A stretch of DNA of 64,000 nucleotides from an uncultured virus (IMG/VR IMGVR_UViG_3300017940_000146) (IMGVR_UViG_3300017940_000146), one strand, 5' to 3'. Shown: positions 40,507 to 48,160, counted from the first letter of the stretch. Notes: a model not told the origin generated them from the letters alone. A program made the numbers and translations.

Positions 40507-40779
40507 ATGATACAAATAGAACAAACAATAGAAAAATGGGAACCAAAATATAGTGGTCCTAATTGTTCTGGTATTTGTATATGTGGATGTTCTTGGAGAG
40601 AACACCATTTGTGTATGGTAATGAATTTAGAATATTATGAGGTTACTCATGAAAGTTATATTCCTTGTGAATGTTGCGCTTTTGGATTTAATGAAGTAGG
40701 TGGAATGAAGTACAATGAGGCCACTGGCGAATGGGAAGATCATTGTCACGGATATATAGATGCTGGTATTAATTTATAG
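40507..40779 (+). CDS. Cys/His-rich hypothetical protein
   Basis: CICGCSWREHH, CECC. Confidence 0.55.
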   Translation: MIQIEQTIEKWEPKYSGPNCSGICICGCSWREHHLCMVMNLEYYEVTHESYIPCECCAFGFNEVGGMKYNEATGEWEDHCHGYIDAGINL

Positions 40780-40874
40780 AGGGATGGCAGAGTCCGGTTT
40801 ATTGCGGCGGTCTTGAAAACCGTAGGTGGGCTTAATAAGTTCATCCGTAGGTTCGAATCCTATTCCCTCTGCCA
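40778..40874 (+). tRNA. tRNA-Ser(TGA)
   Basis: Cloverleaf with long variable arm; gcggt-CTTGAAA-accgt; GTTCGAATCC; CCA. Confidence 0.92.
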
Positions 40875-40902
40875 AAAATTATAAAAATATATGAAACATT
40901 TT

Positions 40903-40979
40903 GCCCGTATAACTCAGTTGGATAGAGTAACTGGCTTCTAACCAGTATGTCGGGCGTTCGAATCGCTCTACGGGTACCA
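40903..40979 (+). tRNA. tRNA-Arg(TCT)
   Basis: actgg-CTTCTAA-ccagt; TTCGAAT; CCA. Confidence 0.92.
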
Positions 40980-40981
40980 AG

Positions 40982-41058
40982 TTTTGATGTTCCATACGGA
41001 CGAGGCTGAGGCTGGTAGCCAACCCAGGTGGGAAGCGAGCGGTAATGGAATATCAAAA
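40982..41058 (+). ncRNA. Candidate structured RNA of unknown class
   Basis: 14-bp closing stem ttttgatgttccat/atggaatatcaaaa around a GC-rich core with two small hairpins. Confidence 0.5.
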
Positions 41059-41066
41059 TAAAATGC

Positions 41067-41094
41067 TTGACAATTTTTTAAAATATGCTATACT
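41067..41094 (+). promoter_or_regulatory. Sigma70-type promoter
   Basis: TTGACA-16-TATACT with extended TG. Confidence 0.65.
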
Positions 41095-41120
41095 ATAATA
41101 AAAGAAATACAAAAAGTTTT

Positions 41121-41197
41121 GGCTTGTTAGCTTAAATGGAAAAAGCTCCAGCCTTTTAAGCTGAGAGATTTGGGATCGTACCCCAAACAAGCCACCA
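41121..41197 (+). tRNA. tRNA-Lys(TTT)
   Basis: ggcttgt/acaagcc acceptor; cagc-CTTTTAA-gctg; atypical T-loop ATCGTAC; CCA. Confidence 0.85.
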
Positions 41198-41256
41198 AAT
41201 TCAATTACAGTTTGGACTGTAAATTGATGTTGTTTAAATATAAAAAGGAAAATTAT

Positions 41257-41682
41257 ATGATTAAGTTTGAGACACAAAAATTGGGGAAGGTTGTAATTAA
41301 ATTCCGGCATTTTCTTCCAGAAGTTAGGATCGCAGATACAAATGTAAATTCATTGGTTTCTTTAGCTGATAAATTGCAATTTTTACGAGGGGAAACTCAT
41401 TGTACTTTACAGTTAAATGTTGGATATATGGAAGAACATCCTACACTTCCAGAAGTAGAATTTTTTGGAAAAGCATTTACGCATCCAGTTGATAATTATA
41501 AAAAAGAAACGGGACGTGTTCTTTCTTTAACTAGGGCACTTGAGGAAGCAGTATCAACCCACACTATTATAACAGAATCAGCCCGTGAAGTAATGTCTGG
41601 TTATTATTCTCGTGGTAAAAGTTTTTTGATTGAACCATTAGATGAACAAGCGGTTGCTAACTTGATAAATAAAAATGGTTGA
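41257..41682 (+). CDS. Hypothetical protein
   Basis: AAGGA RBS; A.THP.DNY.KE.GR.LSL.RAL. Confidence 0.6.
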   Translation: MIKFETQKLGKVVIKFRHFLPEVRIADTNVNSLVSLADKLQFLRGETHCTLQLNVGYMEEHPTLPEVEFFGKAFTHPVDNYKKETGRVLSLTRALEEAVSTHTIITESAREVMSGYYSRGKSFLIEPLDEQAVANLINKNG

Positions 41683-42112
41683 AATAAAAGAAAGTTTAGT
41701 TTATAATTTATGGACGGTACATAAACTTGGGTATCCGATTATAATTACTGTAAATAATTGGTTAAATAAAAATGATAATGCTGTAATGGGGAAAGGGGTT
41801 GCTCTTAAAGCTAAAAATACTTTCCCCAATTTATCAAAAATGTTAGGCCAATTTATTCAAAATTATGGTAATAGAACCCATTACTGGAAAGAATTTAATA
41901 TATTTACATTTCCAACTAAAGATAAATGGTGGGAAAAATCAATTTTATCATTAATTATTAAAAGTGGAGAAGAACTTTTAAATTTAGTAAATGAAATGAG
42001 AATTAATGAAATTTATTTACCTAAAGTCGGTTGTGGAAATGGTGGTTTAAAGTGGGAAGATGTAAAACCACATTTAAAATTTTTGGATGATAGATTTATA
42101 GTTATTATTTAA
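41675..42112 (+). CDS. Macrodomain (ADP-ribose hydrolase, DarG-like) protein
   Basis: VMGKGVAL, IFTFPTK..W, LPKVGCGNGGLKWEDVK. Confidence 0.85.
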   Translation: MVEIKESLVYNLWTVHKLGYPIIITVNNWLNKNDNAVMGKGVALKAKNTFPNLSKMLGQFIQNYGNRTHYWKEFNIFTFPTKDKWWEKSILSLIIKSGEELLNLVNEMRINEIYLPKVGCGNGGLKWEDVKPHLKFLDDRFIVII

Positions 42113-42121
42113 AACGGTTGA

Positions 42122-42196
42122 TGCGGGTGAAGTGAACAGGTGTCACGATGGTCTCATAAGCCATAGAGTGGGGATCGATACCCCCACCCGCTACCA
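42122..42196 (+). tRNA. tRNA-Met(CAT), possibly initiator-like
   Basis: atggt-CTCATAA-gccat; 1:72 mismatch; T-loop ATCGATA; CCA. Confidence 0.8.
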
Positions 42197-42199
42197 AAA

Positions 42200-42207
42200 T
42201 ATAAATA
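42200..42207 (+). promoter_or_regulatory. Late promoter TATAAATA
   Basis: Exact consensus upstream of a small membrane gene. Confidence 0.65.
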
Positions 42208-42255
42208 CTAACATGAGATAAGTGTCTGTATCTCCAGAAAGGAGTAAGATATCTT

Positions 42256-42438
42256 ATGCTTCTTCATTTAATTTTTGTGTCTTGTATAGTTCTTGCCTTT
42301 GTTGGTCTTGCGTGGTATTTATTGGGTACTTTGACGATGGACCAAAGAATTCGAGTAGTTATTAATTTTATTTTGGTTATTGGGTTATTAATTTGGTTAT
42401 TCGCGTGGTTATTACCCAAATTGATTTTGTTGATTTAA
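42256..42438 (+). CDS. Small two-TM membrane protein
   Basis: Two hydrophobic helices, AAGGAG RBS, own promoter and downstream hairpin. Confidence 0.7.
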   Translation: MLLHLIFVSCIVLAFVGLAWYLLGTLTMDQRIRVVINFILVIGLLIWLFAWLLPKLILLI

Positions 42439-42442
42439 ATAT

Positions 42443-42462
42443 AGGGGAATTAAAATTCCCCT
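42443..42462 (+). terminator. Hairpin after membrane gene
   Basis: aggggaatt-aa-aattcccct. Confidence 0.6.
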
Positions 42463-42490
42463 TGACATTCTAAATAAATTGTGTTACAAT
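42462..42490 (+). promoter_or_regulatory. Sigma70-type promoter
   Basis: TTGACA-17-TACAAT. Confidence 0.75.
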
Positions 42491-42509
42491 GAATTGAGGT
42501 TGAAAATTT

Positions 42510-42851
42510 ATGTGTTCAGGTTGCTCAAGTATCGGAAGAAACGATCAAAAATGTAGTGAATGCCAGGATGCTATCCGGCGTGCTACTAAAACCAAGAAAA
42601 AGGTTGGTAGTGTTCATAGATGTTTTGATTATCCGAAGTGTAAGAATATGGCATCTGGTAAGAATTTGTTTTGCTCAAAGTGTTGGGATAGAATCCCCAA
42701 ACAACATAAGGCAACAATTAGAGAAGGTACTGAAAAGGGTACTCATACTTTGCGGGTTGTTCCAAGCCGTGAATGGACGGCTACAGCATATGGTTATTTG
42801 GATAGCGCGGCCCGCGTGGTAGTGGCGCCAGTTGATCCGGATGTAGTTTAG
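42510..42851 (+). CDS. Cys-rich zinc-binding hypothetical protein
   Basis: CxxC pairs (CSGC, CSEC, CSKC); GAGG RBS. Confidence 0.6.
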   Translation: MCSGCSSIGRNDQKCSECQDAIRRATKTKKKVGSVHRCFDYPKCKNMASGKNLFCSKCWDRIPKQHKATIREGTEKGTHTLRVVPSREWTATAYGYLDSAARVVVAPVDPDVV

Positions 42852-42925
42852 TGGATGGGCCGGCTGGTTGAGGCACTTGCTCTACAAGCAAGTTTAGTAG
42901 GGTTCGATTCCCTAATCCACTACCA
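42850..42925 (+). tRNA. tRNA-Val(TAC) with C33
   Basis: agtggat/atccact acceptor; cttgc-TCTACAA-gcaag; GTTCGATTCC; CCA. Confidence 0.85.
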
Positions 42926-42937
42926 ATTTTAAAAGAA

Positions 42938-43044
42938 ATGGCATTTAAAAATCCAGAAGATAGAAAACGATGGTTTAGAGTGATGTTCTTTGTGCTAATT
43001 GCCACAGAAAACAGTGGTATGAAGAAAGAAAATTGGGCTTGTAG
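42938..43044 (+). pseudogene. Internally deleted HNH endonuclease remnant
   Basis: N-terminus MAFKNPEDRKRW joined out of frame to DVLCANCHRKQWYEERK. Confidence 0.65.
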
Positions 43045-43109
43045 TTTTAATGGGAAAATATGACCTTTGCAAGGTTGAGTTCCGAGTTCGAGTCTCGGCG
43101 GGTCCACCA
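43035..43109 (+). tRNA. tRNA-Ala(TGC)
   Basis: G3:U70 pair; tgacc-TTTGCAA-ggttg; CCA. Confidence 0.88.
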
Positions 43110-43112
43110 AAT

Positions 43113-43190
43113 TCACTAGATGCCGAGGTGGTCGAGGCGCTAGGTCTGCAAAACTGGTCTTAGAGGGTTCAAGTCCCTCCTGGTGGTCCA
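43113..43190 (+). tRNA. tRNA-Cys(GCA) with irregular anticodon stem
   Basis: CTGCAAA loop; U73; TTCAAGT T-loop; CCA; stem pairs well only with one bulged G. Confidence 0.75.
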
Positions 43191-43210
43191 AATTAGAAAT
43201 GAGGATAATT

Positions 43211-43591
43211 ATGAAAACGGTTAAACAATTAAAAGAATTAGTAAAAGAATTAAAAGAAAATAATAAAGAGTTGTTAAGAGAAAATTTTGATTTAGATGAA
43301 GCCTATCGTGACTTAGAATATTCTTTGGACGAAGCTAATGAAATGGTTGAAAACTTAGAAGAAGAAAATGATGAGTTATTTGAACAAGTTGAATCCTTAG
43401 AAGAAGTTGAAAAGGATTTAATGGATAGAGTTAAGGAAACTGATTTAGCAGTAGACAATTTGATTGAGGATATTAATTTTCTTTATGATCGTAATTCGGA
43501 ATTACTTAAAGAATTAAATTCTTTAACTTGTGAGGCTTGCCGTCCAAGAACAGAAGTGGAAAGTTTAAATAAAGTAGATAAAGCAGAATAA
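43211..43591 (+). CDS. Acidic coiled-coil protein
   Basis: Heptad Leu/Glu pattern; GAGG RBS. Confidence 0.6.
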   Translation: MKTVKQLKELVKELKENNKELLRENFDLDEAYRDLEYSLDEANEMVENLEEENDELFEQVESLEEVEKDLMDRVKETDLAVDNLIEDINFLYDRNSELLKELNSLTCEACRPRTEVESLNKVDKAE

Positions 43592-43595
43592 TTTT

Positions 43596-43687
43596 GTAAG
43601 GTTGGCAGAGTTCGGTTGAATGCGAAGGGCTGTAGCTCCTTTGTCTCTTCGGAGGCCTCAGTGGTTCAAATCCATTACCTTACACCA
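43596..43687 (+). tRNA. tRNA-Tyr(GTA)
   Basis: gtaaggt/accttac acceptor; CTGTAGC loop; long variable arm with cTTCGg; CCA. Confidence 0.88.
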
Positions 43688-43763
43688 GGGACGGAAGTGT
43701 TGCCGGTAAGCACGATGGTCTGTGGAACCATTAGATAGAGTTCAACTCTCTGACGTCCCTCCA
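43688..43763 (+). tRNA. tRNA-His(GTG), abutting tRNA-Tyr
   Basis: atggt-CTGTGGA-accat; gggacg/cgtccc acceptor; CCA. Confidence 0.82.
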
Positions 43764-43858
43764 AAGATTAAAGGAAATATCATGAAAATAAAAGATTTTG
43801 TTGAAAGATTAATAAGATATGATCAAGAACAAGATTATGGAAGAGAATGGTTATAAGT

Positions 43859-44104
43859 ATGCAACATACATTATTAAATACACTTAAATTTGTAAAACAA
43901 ATGAATCAATTATCTGATAAGGAAAAAGATCATTTATTAGTATCACACGGAATTAATAAACGGGCAGCCACTATAAAAGAAGAGGGTGGTATTGCTATTG
44001 AAATGGCTCTTTTTGAAGCAATGGATGAAAATGAATTAACTGTAAAATTAACAGAAATAGAAATTAAAAATGCTAGTAAAGAAGATCCAAGAAAAAGAGA
44101 TTAA
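43859..44104 (+). CDS. Hypothetical protein
   Basis: ORF. Confidence 0.5.
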   Translation: MQHTLLNTLKFVKQMNQLSDKEKDHLLVSHGINKRAATIKEEGGIAIEMALFEAMDENELTVKLTEIEIKNASKEDPRKRD

Positions 44105-44125
44105 AATTTAAATTAAGGAAATTGG

Positions 44126-44908
44126 ATGACGAAATTAATAGTTCTTTCGTTGATGTTTTCAACATTAATATTCGGACAGTTATCGAATGCCGATAAATTA
44201 TATGTGAATAAAGTATTATGGCCAGCTACAACATTATTATATGCTCAAACAGCACAAGGTACAATGGAAATGAAATGTACCGCTACAGCTATTGATGAAG
44301 ATAAAACTACATATACATTTGTTACAGCCGCTCATTGTGGTTGTATAGATGATTCGGAAAAAAAGACAGTTACACCAGAAAAAACATTTTTCTTTATATC
44401 TCCAGATATTCCTGGGGATAAAGTTTATTTAAAAGCAATTCCTAAAGGTTGCGGATATAGGACTAAAGGTGATGATTTTTTCTTATTAACAGTTGATAAA
44501 ACTTTTAGTTTTCCTATTATTCCATTAGGTGAAGATCCTAATTTATTAGATGAAGTAATTAATGTTGGTGGTCCATTAGGAATTGGTAAACAAGTGTTTT
44601 TAGGGTCTGTTTCTAGTACAAGTGTTGATCGTCCTATTGTTGATGATGCCATTCAATGGACTGGAACTATATTATTACAAGAATTTGGTATAAATGGTGG
44701 ATCAAGTGGTTCATCGGTTATTTGTTTGAATCAACATGCTATTTGTGCTTTTATAGTTGGTACTGTAGCACAAACAAGTATGATTGCTATGCCAGTATCG
44801 CGTTTAATTAAATTTCGAAAATTATTAAAAGATGGAAAATATAAATGGTATCAATCGGATCCAGATGCTCCATTACCTGCGGCTACACAGGGTGAAAAAG
44901 ACCATTAG
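44126..44908 (+). CDS. Trypsin-like serine protease with signal peptide
   Basis: TAAHC, GDDF, GGSSGS catalytic motifs; hydrophobic N-terminus. Confidence 0.82.
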   Translation: MTKLIVLSLMFSTLIFGQLSNADKLYVNKVLWPATTLLYAQTAQGTMEMKCTATAIDEDKTTYTFVTAAHCGCIDDSEKKTVTPEKTFFFISPDIPGDKVYLKAIPKGCGYRTKGDDFFLLTVDKTFSFPIIPLGEDPNLLDEVINVGGPLGIGKQVFLGSVSSTSVDRPIVDDAIQWTGTILLQEFGINGGSSGSSVICLNQHAICAFIVGTVAQTSMIAMPVSRLIKFRKLLKDGKYKWYQSDPDAPLPAATQGEKDH

Positions 44909-44915
44909 GATTTTT

Positions 44916-45140
44916 ATGCCATATTACGATTACGTGTGTAGTGAATGCGGAAAGACTTTTGAAATCTTCCAAAAGATGGATGAAGAAGCCAGAGTTTTGA
45001 CCCACGGTGATTTAGCAGAAAATTATGAATTGACAGAAAGTAGATGCCGCGGCCACTTGGAACGGAAAGTTTCTACTTCCGCATTGAAATTTGTGGGCCC
45101 TGGATTTTATGTGAATGATTATCCGAAAAAGAAAGTTTAG
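44916..45140 (+). CDS. FmdB-family zinc-ribbon protein
   Basis: MPYYDYVCSECGKTFE...F.GPGFYVNDY. Confidence 0.85.
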   Translation: MPYYDYVCSECGKTFEIFQKMDEEARVLTHGDLAENYELTESRCRGHLERKVSTSALKFVGPGFYVNDYPKKKV

Positions 45141-45215
45141 GGACCGTAGCTCAATGGTTAGAGTTCTTGCCTGTCGAGCAAGATGTTGACGGTTCGAATC
45201 CGTTCGGTCCCGCCA
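45140..45215 (+). tRNA. tRNA-Asp(GTC)
   Basis: cttgc-CTGTCGA-gcaag; GTTCGAATCC; G73, CCA. Confidence 0.92.
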
Positions 45216-45287
45216 TAATTTCGGATCTTTAAATACAAAAGGTAAGGGAAGGAGATTTATTTTTAAAATAAAAGGAAAAAGTTATTA

Positions 45288-45364
45288 GCCACGGTAGCTT
45301 AATCCGGGAAAGCGGTTGACCTGTAATCAACAGAGAGGGAGTTCGATTCTCCCCCGCGGCTCCA
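45288..45364 (+). tRNA. tRNA-Thr(TGT) with C33
   Basis: gttga-CCTGTAA-tcaac; GTTCGATTC; CCA. Confidence 0.88.
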
Positions 45365-45367
45365 GTT

Positions 45368-45470
45368 TGGTATGGGTACGCCTAGCATACCACAAGAAGA
45401 TGGTCCTTGAGCAAGATCATCTCGCCTCCTTACAGGGTTCTTTCGCGTGAGCAAAGAATCCACTAGGCGT
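45368..45470 (+). ncRNA. Candidate pseudoknotted RNA of unknown class
   Basis: Three hairpins plus 8-bp complementarity acgcctag/ctaggcgt between first loop and 3' end. Confidence 0.6.
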
Positions 45471-45483
45471 CTTTAAAAATCAC

Positions 45484-45512
45484 TTGACAAGCGGCCTTAC
45501 ATACGCTATAAT
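45484..45512 (+). promoter_or_regulatory. Sigma70-type promoter
   Basis: TTGACA-17-TATAAT. Confidence 0.85.
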
Positions 45513-45529
45513 TGTAATTGAGGTTGAAT

Positions 45530-45715
45530 ATGTCAGACTATAAATATGAAATTCAAATGGAAGCAGAACGTCTTGCTGAAGAACGTTTTGGTGTAGATTT
45601 TTACGATTTGCCTGAAAATGAACAGTATAATGTTTTCCTTGATGCTGAGGTTAATTGGTCGGAAAAAAAGGCCGCTCAAGCGGAAGCTGCATATGACCGT
45701 TCACAAGGATTTTAA
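45530..45715 (+). CDS. Small acidic hypothetical protein
   Basis: GAGG RBS; behind promoter. Confidence 0.6.
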   Translation: MSDYKYEIQMEAERLAEERFGVDFYDLPENEQYNVFLDAEVNWSEKKAAQAEAAYDRSQGF

Positions 45716-45716
45716 A

Positions 45717-46901
45717 ATGAAAACATTTCCAACATTATATCATAAAAGTAAAACGGGAGCTTTAGTTCAATGGGATATTTGGACAGAAGGTGATACTATT
45801 ATTACCCGCCATGGACAAATTGGTGGTAAATTACAACTTTCACCCAAAAAAGCTACTCCAAAAAATTTTGGTAAAGCAAATGCCACAACTGCGGAAGAAC
45901 AAGCAATTTTGGAAGCTCAAGCAATGTGGACTTTTAAACGGGAACGAAAATATTCTGAAACTAAAGAAGGTGCTAAAGAAGAAATCTTTTTACCTATGTT
46001 GGCACACGATTTTCATAAAAAGAAAGGCCGCGGAATCGTTTATCCATGTGACCTCCAACCAAAATTGGATGGTGTTCGTGCAATGGCATATTGGGAAGAT
46101 GGCCGTGTAGTATTAGGGACTCGCGGTGGTAAAGAATGGACGGCTCCTAAACATATTATTGAAGAACTTGAAAAAGTAATGCCACAAGAAATGGTTCTGG
46201 ATGGTGAATTATATGTTCATGGAGTTGATTTTGAATCTCTTACTTCATGGGCAAAGAAATATCATGAAGGTGAAACAGAACAATTAGAATATCATGTATT
46301 TGATATGCCAATTAATGAATTGGGGAAACGTGATATTTGGAAGAATCGCTTGAAAAATCTTGAAGCATTTTTTCATAAATTAAACCCTACTAGTCCAAAA
46401 TATGAAAGTGCATATTTGGTTTTAGTACCAACTTATATTGTAAATCAAGTAGTTAAATTACCAAAATATTATGCAGGAGTTTGTAGTGCATGTTTACAAC
46501 CTACATATGAATATGATGAAATTTTTGATTTTGAAAAAACATTTGTGGAACAAGGATATGAAGGATGTATTGTCCGTAATTGGGATGGTGAATATTTATT
46601 TGGCCACCGATCAAGCGATATTCAAAAAGTAAAATCTTTCCAAGATGCAGAATATAAGGTAGTTGATTTCGAACATGGTGTTGGTAAAATGGCTAATTCA
46701 GCCATTTGGATTTGTGAAACAAAAGATCATAAGAGATTTAAAGCTACACCTAAAGCATCGGCGGCAAAACGTGAAGAATATTACCGAGATGGAAAGAAAT
46801 ATATTGGTAAGTTGGTGAAAGTAGCATTTCAAAATTTAACAGCAGATGGTATTCCAAGGTTTCCAAGGGCACTTGGATTTCGGGATAAGAAGGATATGTA
46901 A
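45717..46901 (+). CDS. ATP-dependent DNA ligase
   Basis: PMLA, QPKLDGVR, LDGELY, YHVFD, GYEGCIVR, KVK.F.DAE, PRFP. Confidence 0.95.
   Translation: MKTFPTLYHKSKTGALVQWDIWTEGDTIITRHGQIGGKLQLSPKKATPKNFGKANATTAEEQAILEAQAMWTFKRERKYSETKEGAKEEIFLPMLAHDFHKKKGRGIVYPCDLQPKLDGVRAMAYWEDGRVVLGTRGGKEWTAPKHIIEELEKVMPQEMVLDGELYVHGVDFESLTSWAKKYHEGETEQLEYHVFDMPINELGKRDIWKNRLKNLEAFFHKLNPTSPKYESAYLVLVPTYIVNQVVKLPKYYAGVCSACLQPTYEYDEIFDFEKTFVEQGYEGCIVRNWDGEYLFGHRSSDIQKVKSFQDAEYKVVDFEHGVGKMANSAIWICETKDHKRFKATPKASAAKREEYYRDGKKYIGKLVKVAFQNLTADGIPRFPRALGFRDKKDM
46444..46508 (+). repeat. 65-bp exact direct repeat, copy 2, in frame inside DNA ligase
   Basis: Identical to 33277-33341; both encode QVVKLPKYYAGVCSACLQPTY. 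Confidence 0.95.
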
Positions 46902-47009
46902 TGTTATTTCATGTATATTATTGGTGGAAATTATGAGTGAAGAAAAGGTTGCAATGTATAATGATGGAACGATAGAACCGAGTGTATTATTTAAACATGG
47001 AGTAGTAGT

Positions 47010-47405
47010 ATGTGGATAGGAAAAACGAAATTCCCTGATGTTATAAAACGAACATTCAAACAACCCGCTTTCTTAAAAGATTATGATTCTTATGAAAAAT
47101 ATGATATAAAATGGGATCAGGATGTGTTAACAATACATAATGAAACTGAAAATCGATCGGAAGATGTTTTTATTAGTGATGTATTTTATAAATTAAAAAC
47201 CAAATCAAAATGGGAATATAGTTATTCTTATAAAAGAGTAAGTGGATCTACTAAATTTCCTTGTATTGGTGGTCCTTTAAATGGAAAGAAAGCAATTTTT
47301 AATACTGAGAAATATATACCATATAATTGTAGTTCTCGGTATGGAAGGTGTGAAACAAGACCACCAAAAGGTATATTAATCCATGAAAGTTTTTTGAAAT
47401 TTTGA
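47010..47405 (+). CDS. Hypothetical protein
   Basis: ORF, GGAG RBS, CIGGPLNG. Confidence 0.55.
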   Translation: MWIGKTKFPDVIKRTFKQPAFLKDYDSYEKYDIKWDQDVLTIHNETENRSEDVFISDVFYKLKTKSKWEYSYSYKRVSGSTKFPCIGGPLNGKKAIFNTEKYIPYNCSSRYGRCETRPPKGILIHESFLKF

Positions 47406-47417
47406 TAAATATTAAAT

Positions 47418-47780
47418 ATGAAATCTTATAAAGAAATTTTTAAACAAGCAACGCAAACCATTTTATTAAATATGCATGGTTATGTAGGTCCTGTTAAAGG
47501 GGCTGATGAACATTGGTCTTACCGATTTGATGAAGGGCAAGAAATATTACTTGATCTTCCAGCAAATGAATGGCATTTTGTCCTTGATGGTGTAGTTATC
47601 CAAGTAGGCCGTATGGATGATATGTCTCTTGAAAATTTTTTGAAAGATACACCAATAACTGAAGATAGAGATAAAACAGAACGAGAAGAAAAAAATAAGG
47701 AATTTCGTCGGTCAAAAATAGAAGAACCTTATAATGCTAATGTAAATACTATGGGTACTTCACCAAGTTCTATGGGTTAA
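47418..47780 (+). CDS. Hypothetical protein
   Basis: ORF preceded by late-like GATAAATA. Confidence 0.55.
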   Translation: MKSYKEIFKQATQTILLNMHGYVGPVKGADEHWSYRFDEGQEILLDLPANEWHFVLDGVVIQVGRMDDMSLENFLKDTPITEDRDKTEREEKNKEFRRSKIEEPYNANVNTMGTSPSSMG

Positions 47781-47781
47781 T

Positions 47782-47855
47782 ACCTGGTTCGTCTAATGGT
47801 AGGACAGTGGCCTTTGGAGCCATTAATTGGGGTTCGAGTCCCTGACCGGGTGCCA
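47782..47855 (+). tRNA. tRNA-Gln(TTG)
   Basis: gtggc-CTTTGGA-gccat; GTTCGAGTCC; CCA. Confidence 0.9.
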
Positions 47856-47876
47856 AATTTTGAATTGAGGAATAGT

Positions 47877-48068
47877 ATGGATCAAGAACGAATTAAATTA
47901 TTTTTATTTTTTCTATTGAGAGATTATCTAACAATAGGAGAAATATATGAAATACTAAAAAATGTAGAAATACGTAAGGATAGTGGGTTAAGATTTGTTT
48001 GTACCGAAAATGCCGAAGATATTATGATTTTGGCAGAAAAGTTACAATATCAATTGCGTATTCGATAA
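47877..48068 (+). CDS. Hypothetical protein
   Basis: GAGGA RBS; MDQERIKLFLFFLLRDYL. Confidence 0.55.
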   Translation: MDQERIKLFLFFLLRDYLTIGEIYEILKNVEIRKDSGLRFVCTENAEDIMILAEKLQYQLRIR

Positions 48069-48109
48069 GCGAGGAATCCTGTGGCTTCAAGACCATGAGA
48101 CCATTATAG

Positions 48110-48140
48110 ATTCGGGATTCGCGATTCGCGAATCGCGAAT
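48110..48140. repeat. 24-bp perfect palindrome built from degenerate 7-mers
   Basis: attcgcgattcgcgaatcgcgaat at 48117-48140. Confidence 0.85.
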
Positions 48141-48160
48141 GGGCGCCTCGGATGAGCGTG

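Noticed and set aside
41010..41045. SRP RNA resemblance (CAGG...GGAA...GAGC)
   Set aside because: Bases flanking GGAA do not pair as helix 8 requires; left as an unassigned RNA
42850..42925. Possible amber suppressor tRNA (CTA appears in the loop)
   Set aside because: The perfect stem cttgc/gcaag centres TAC; a CTA register destroys the pairing
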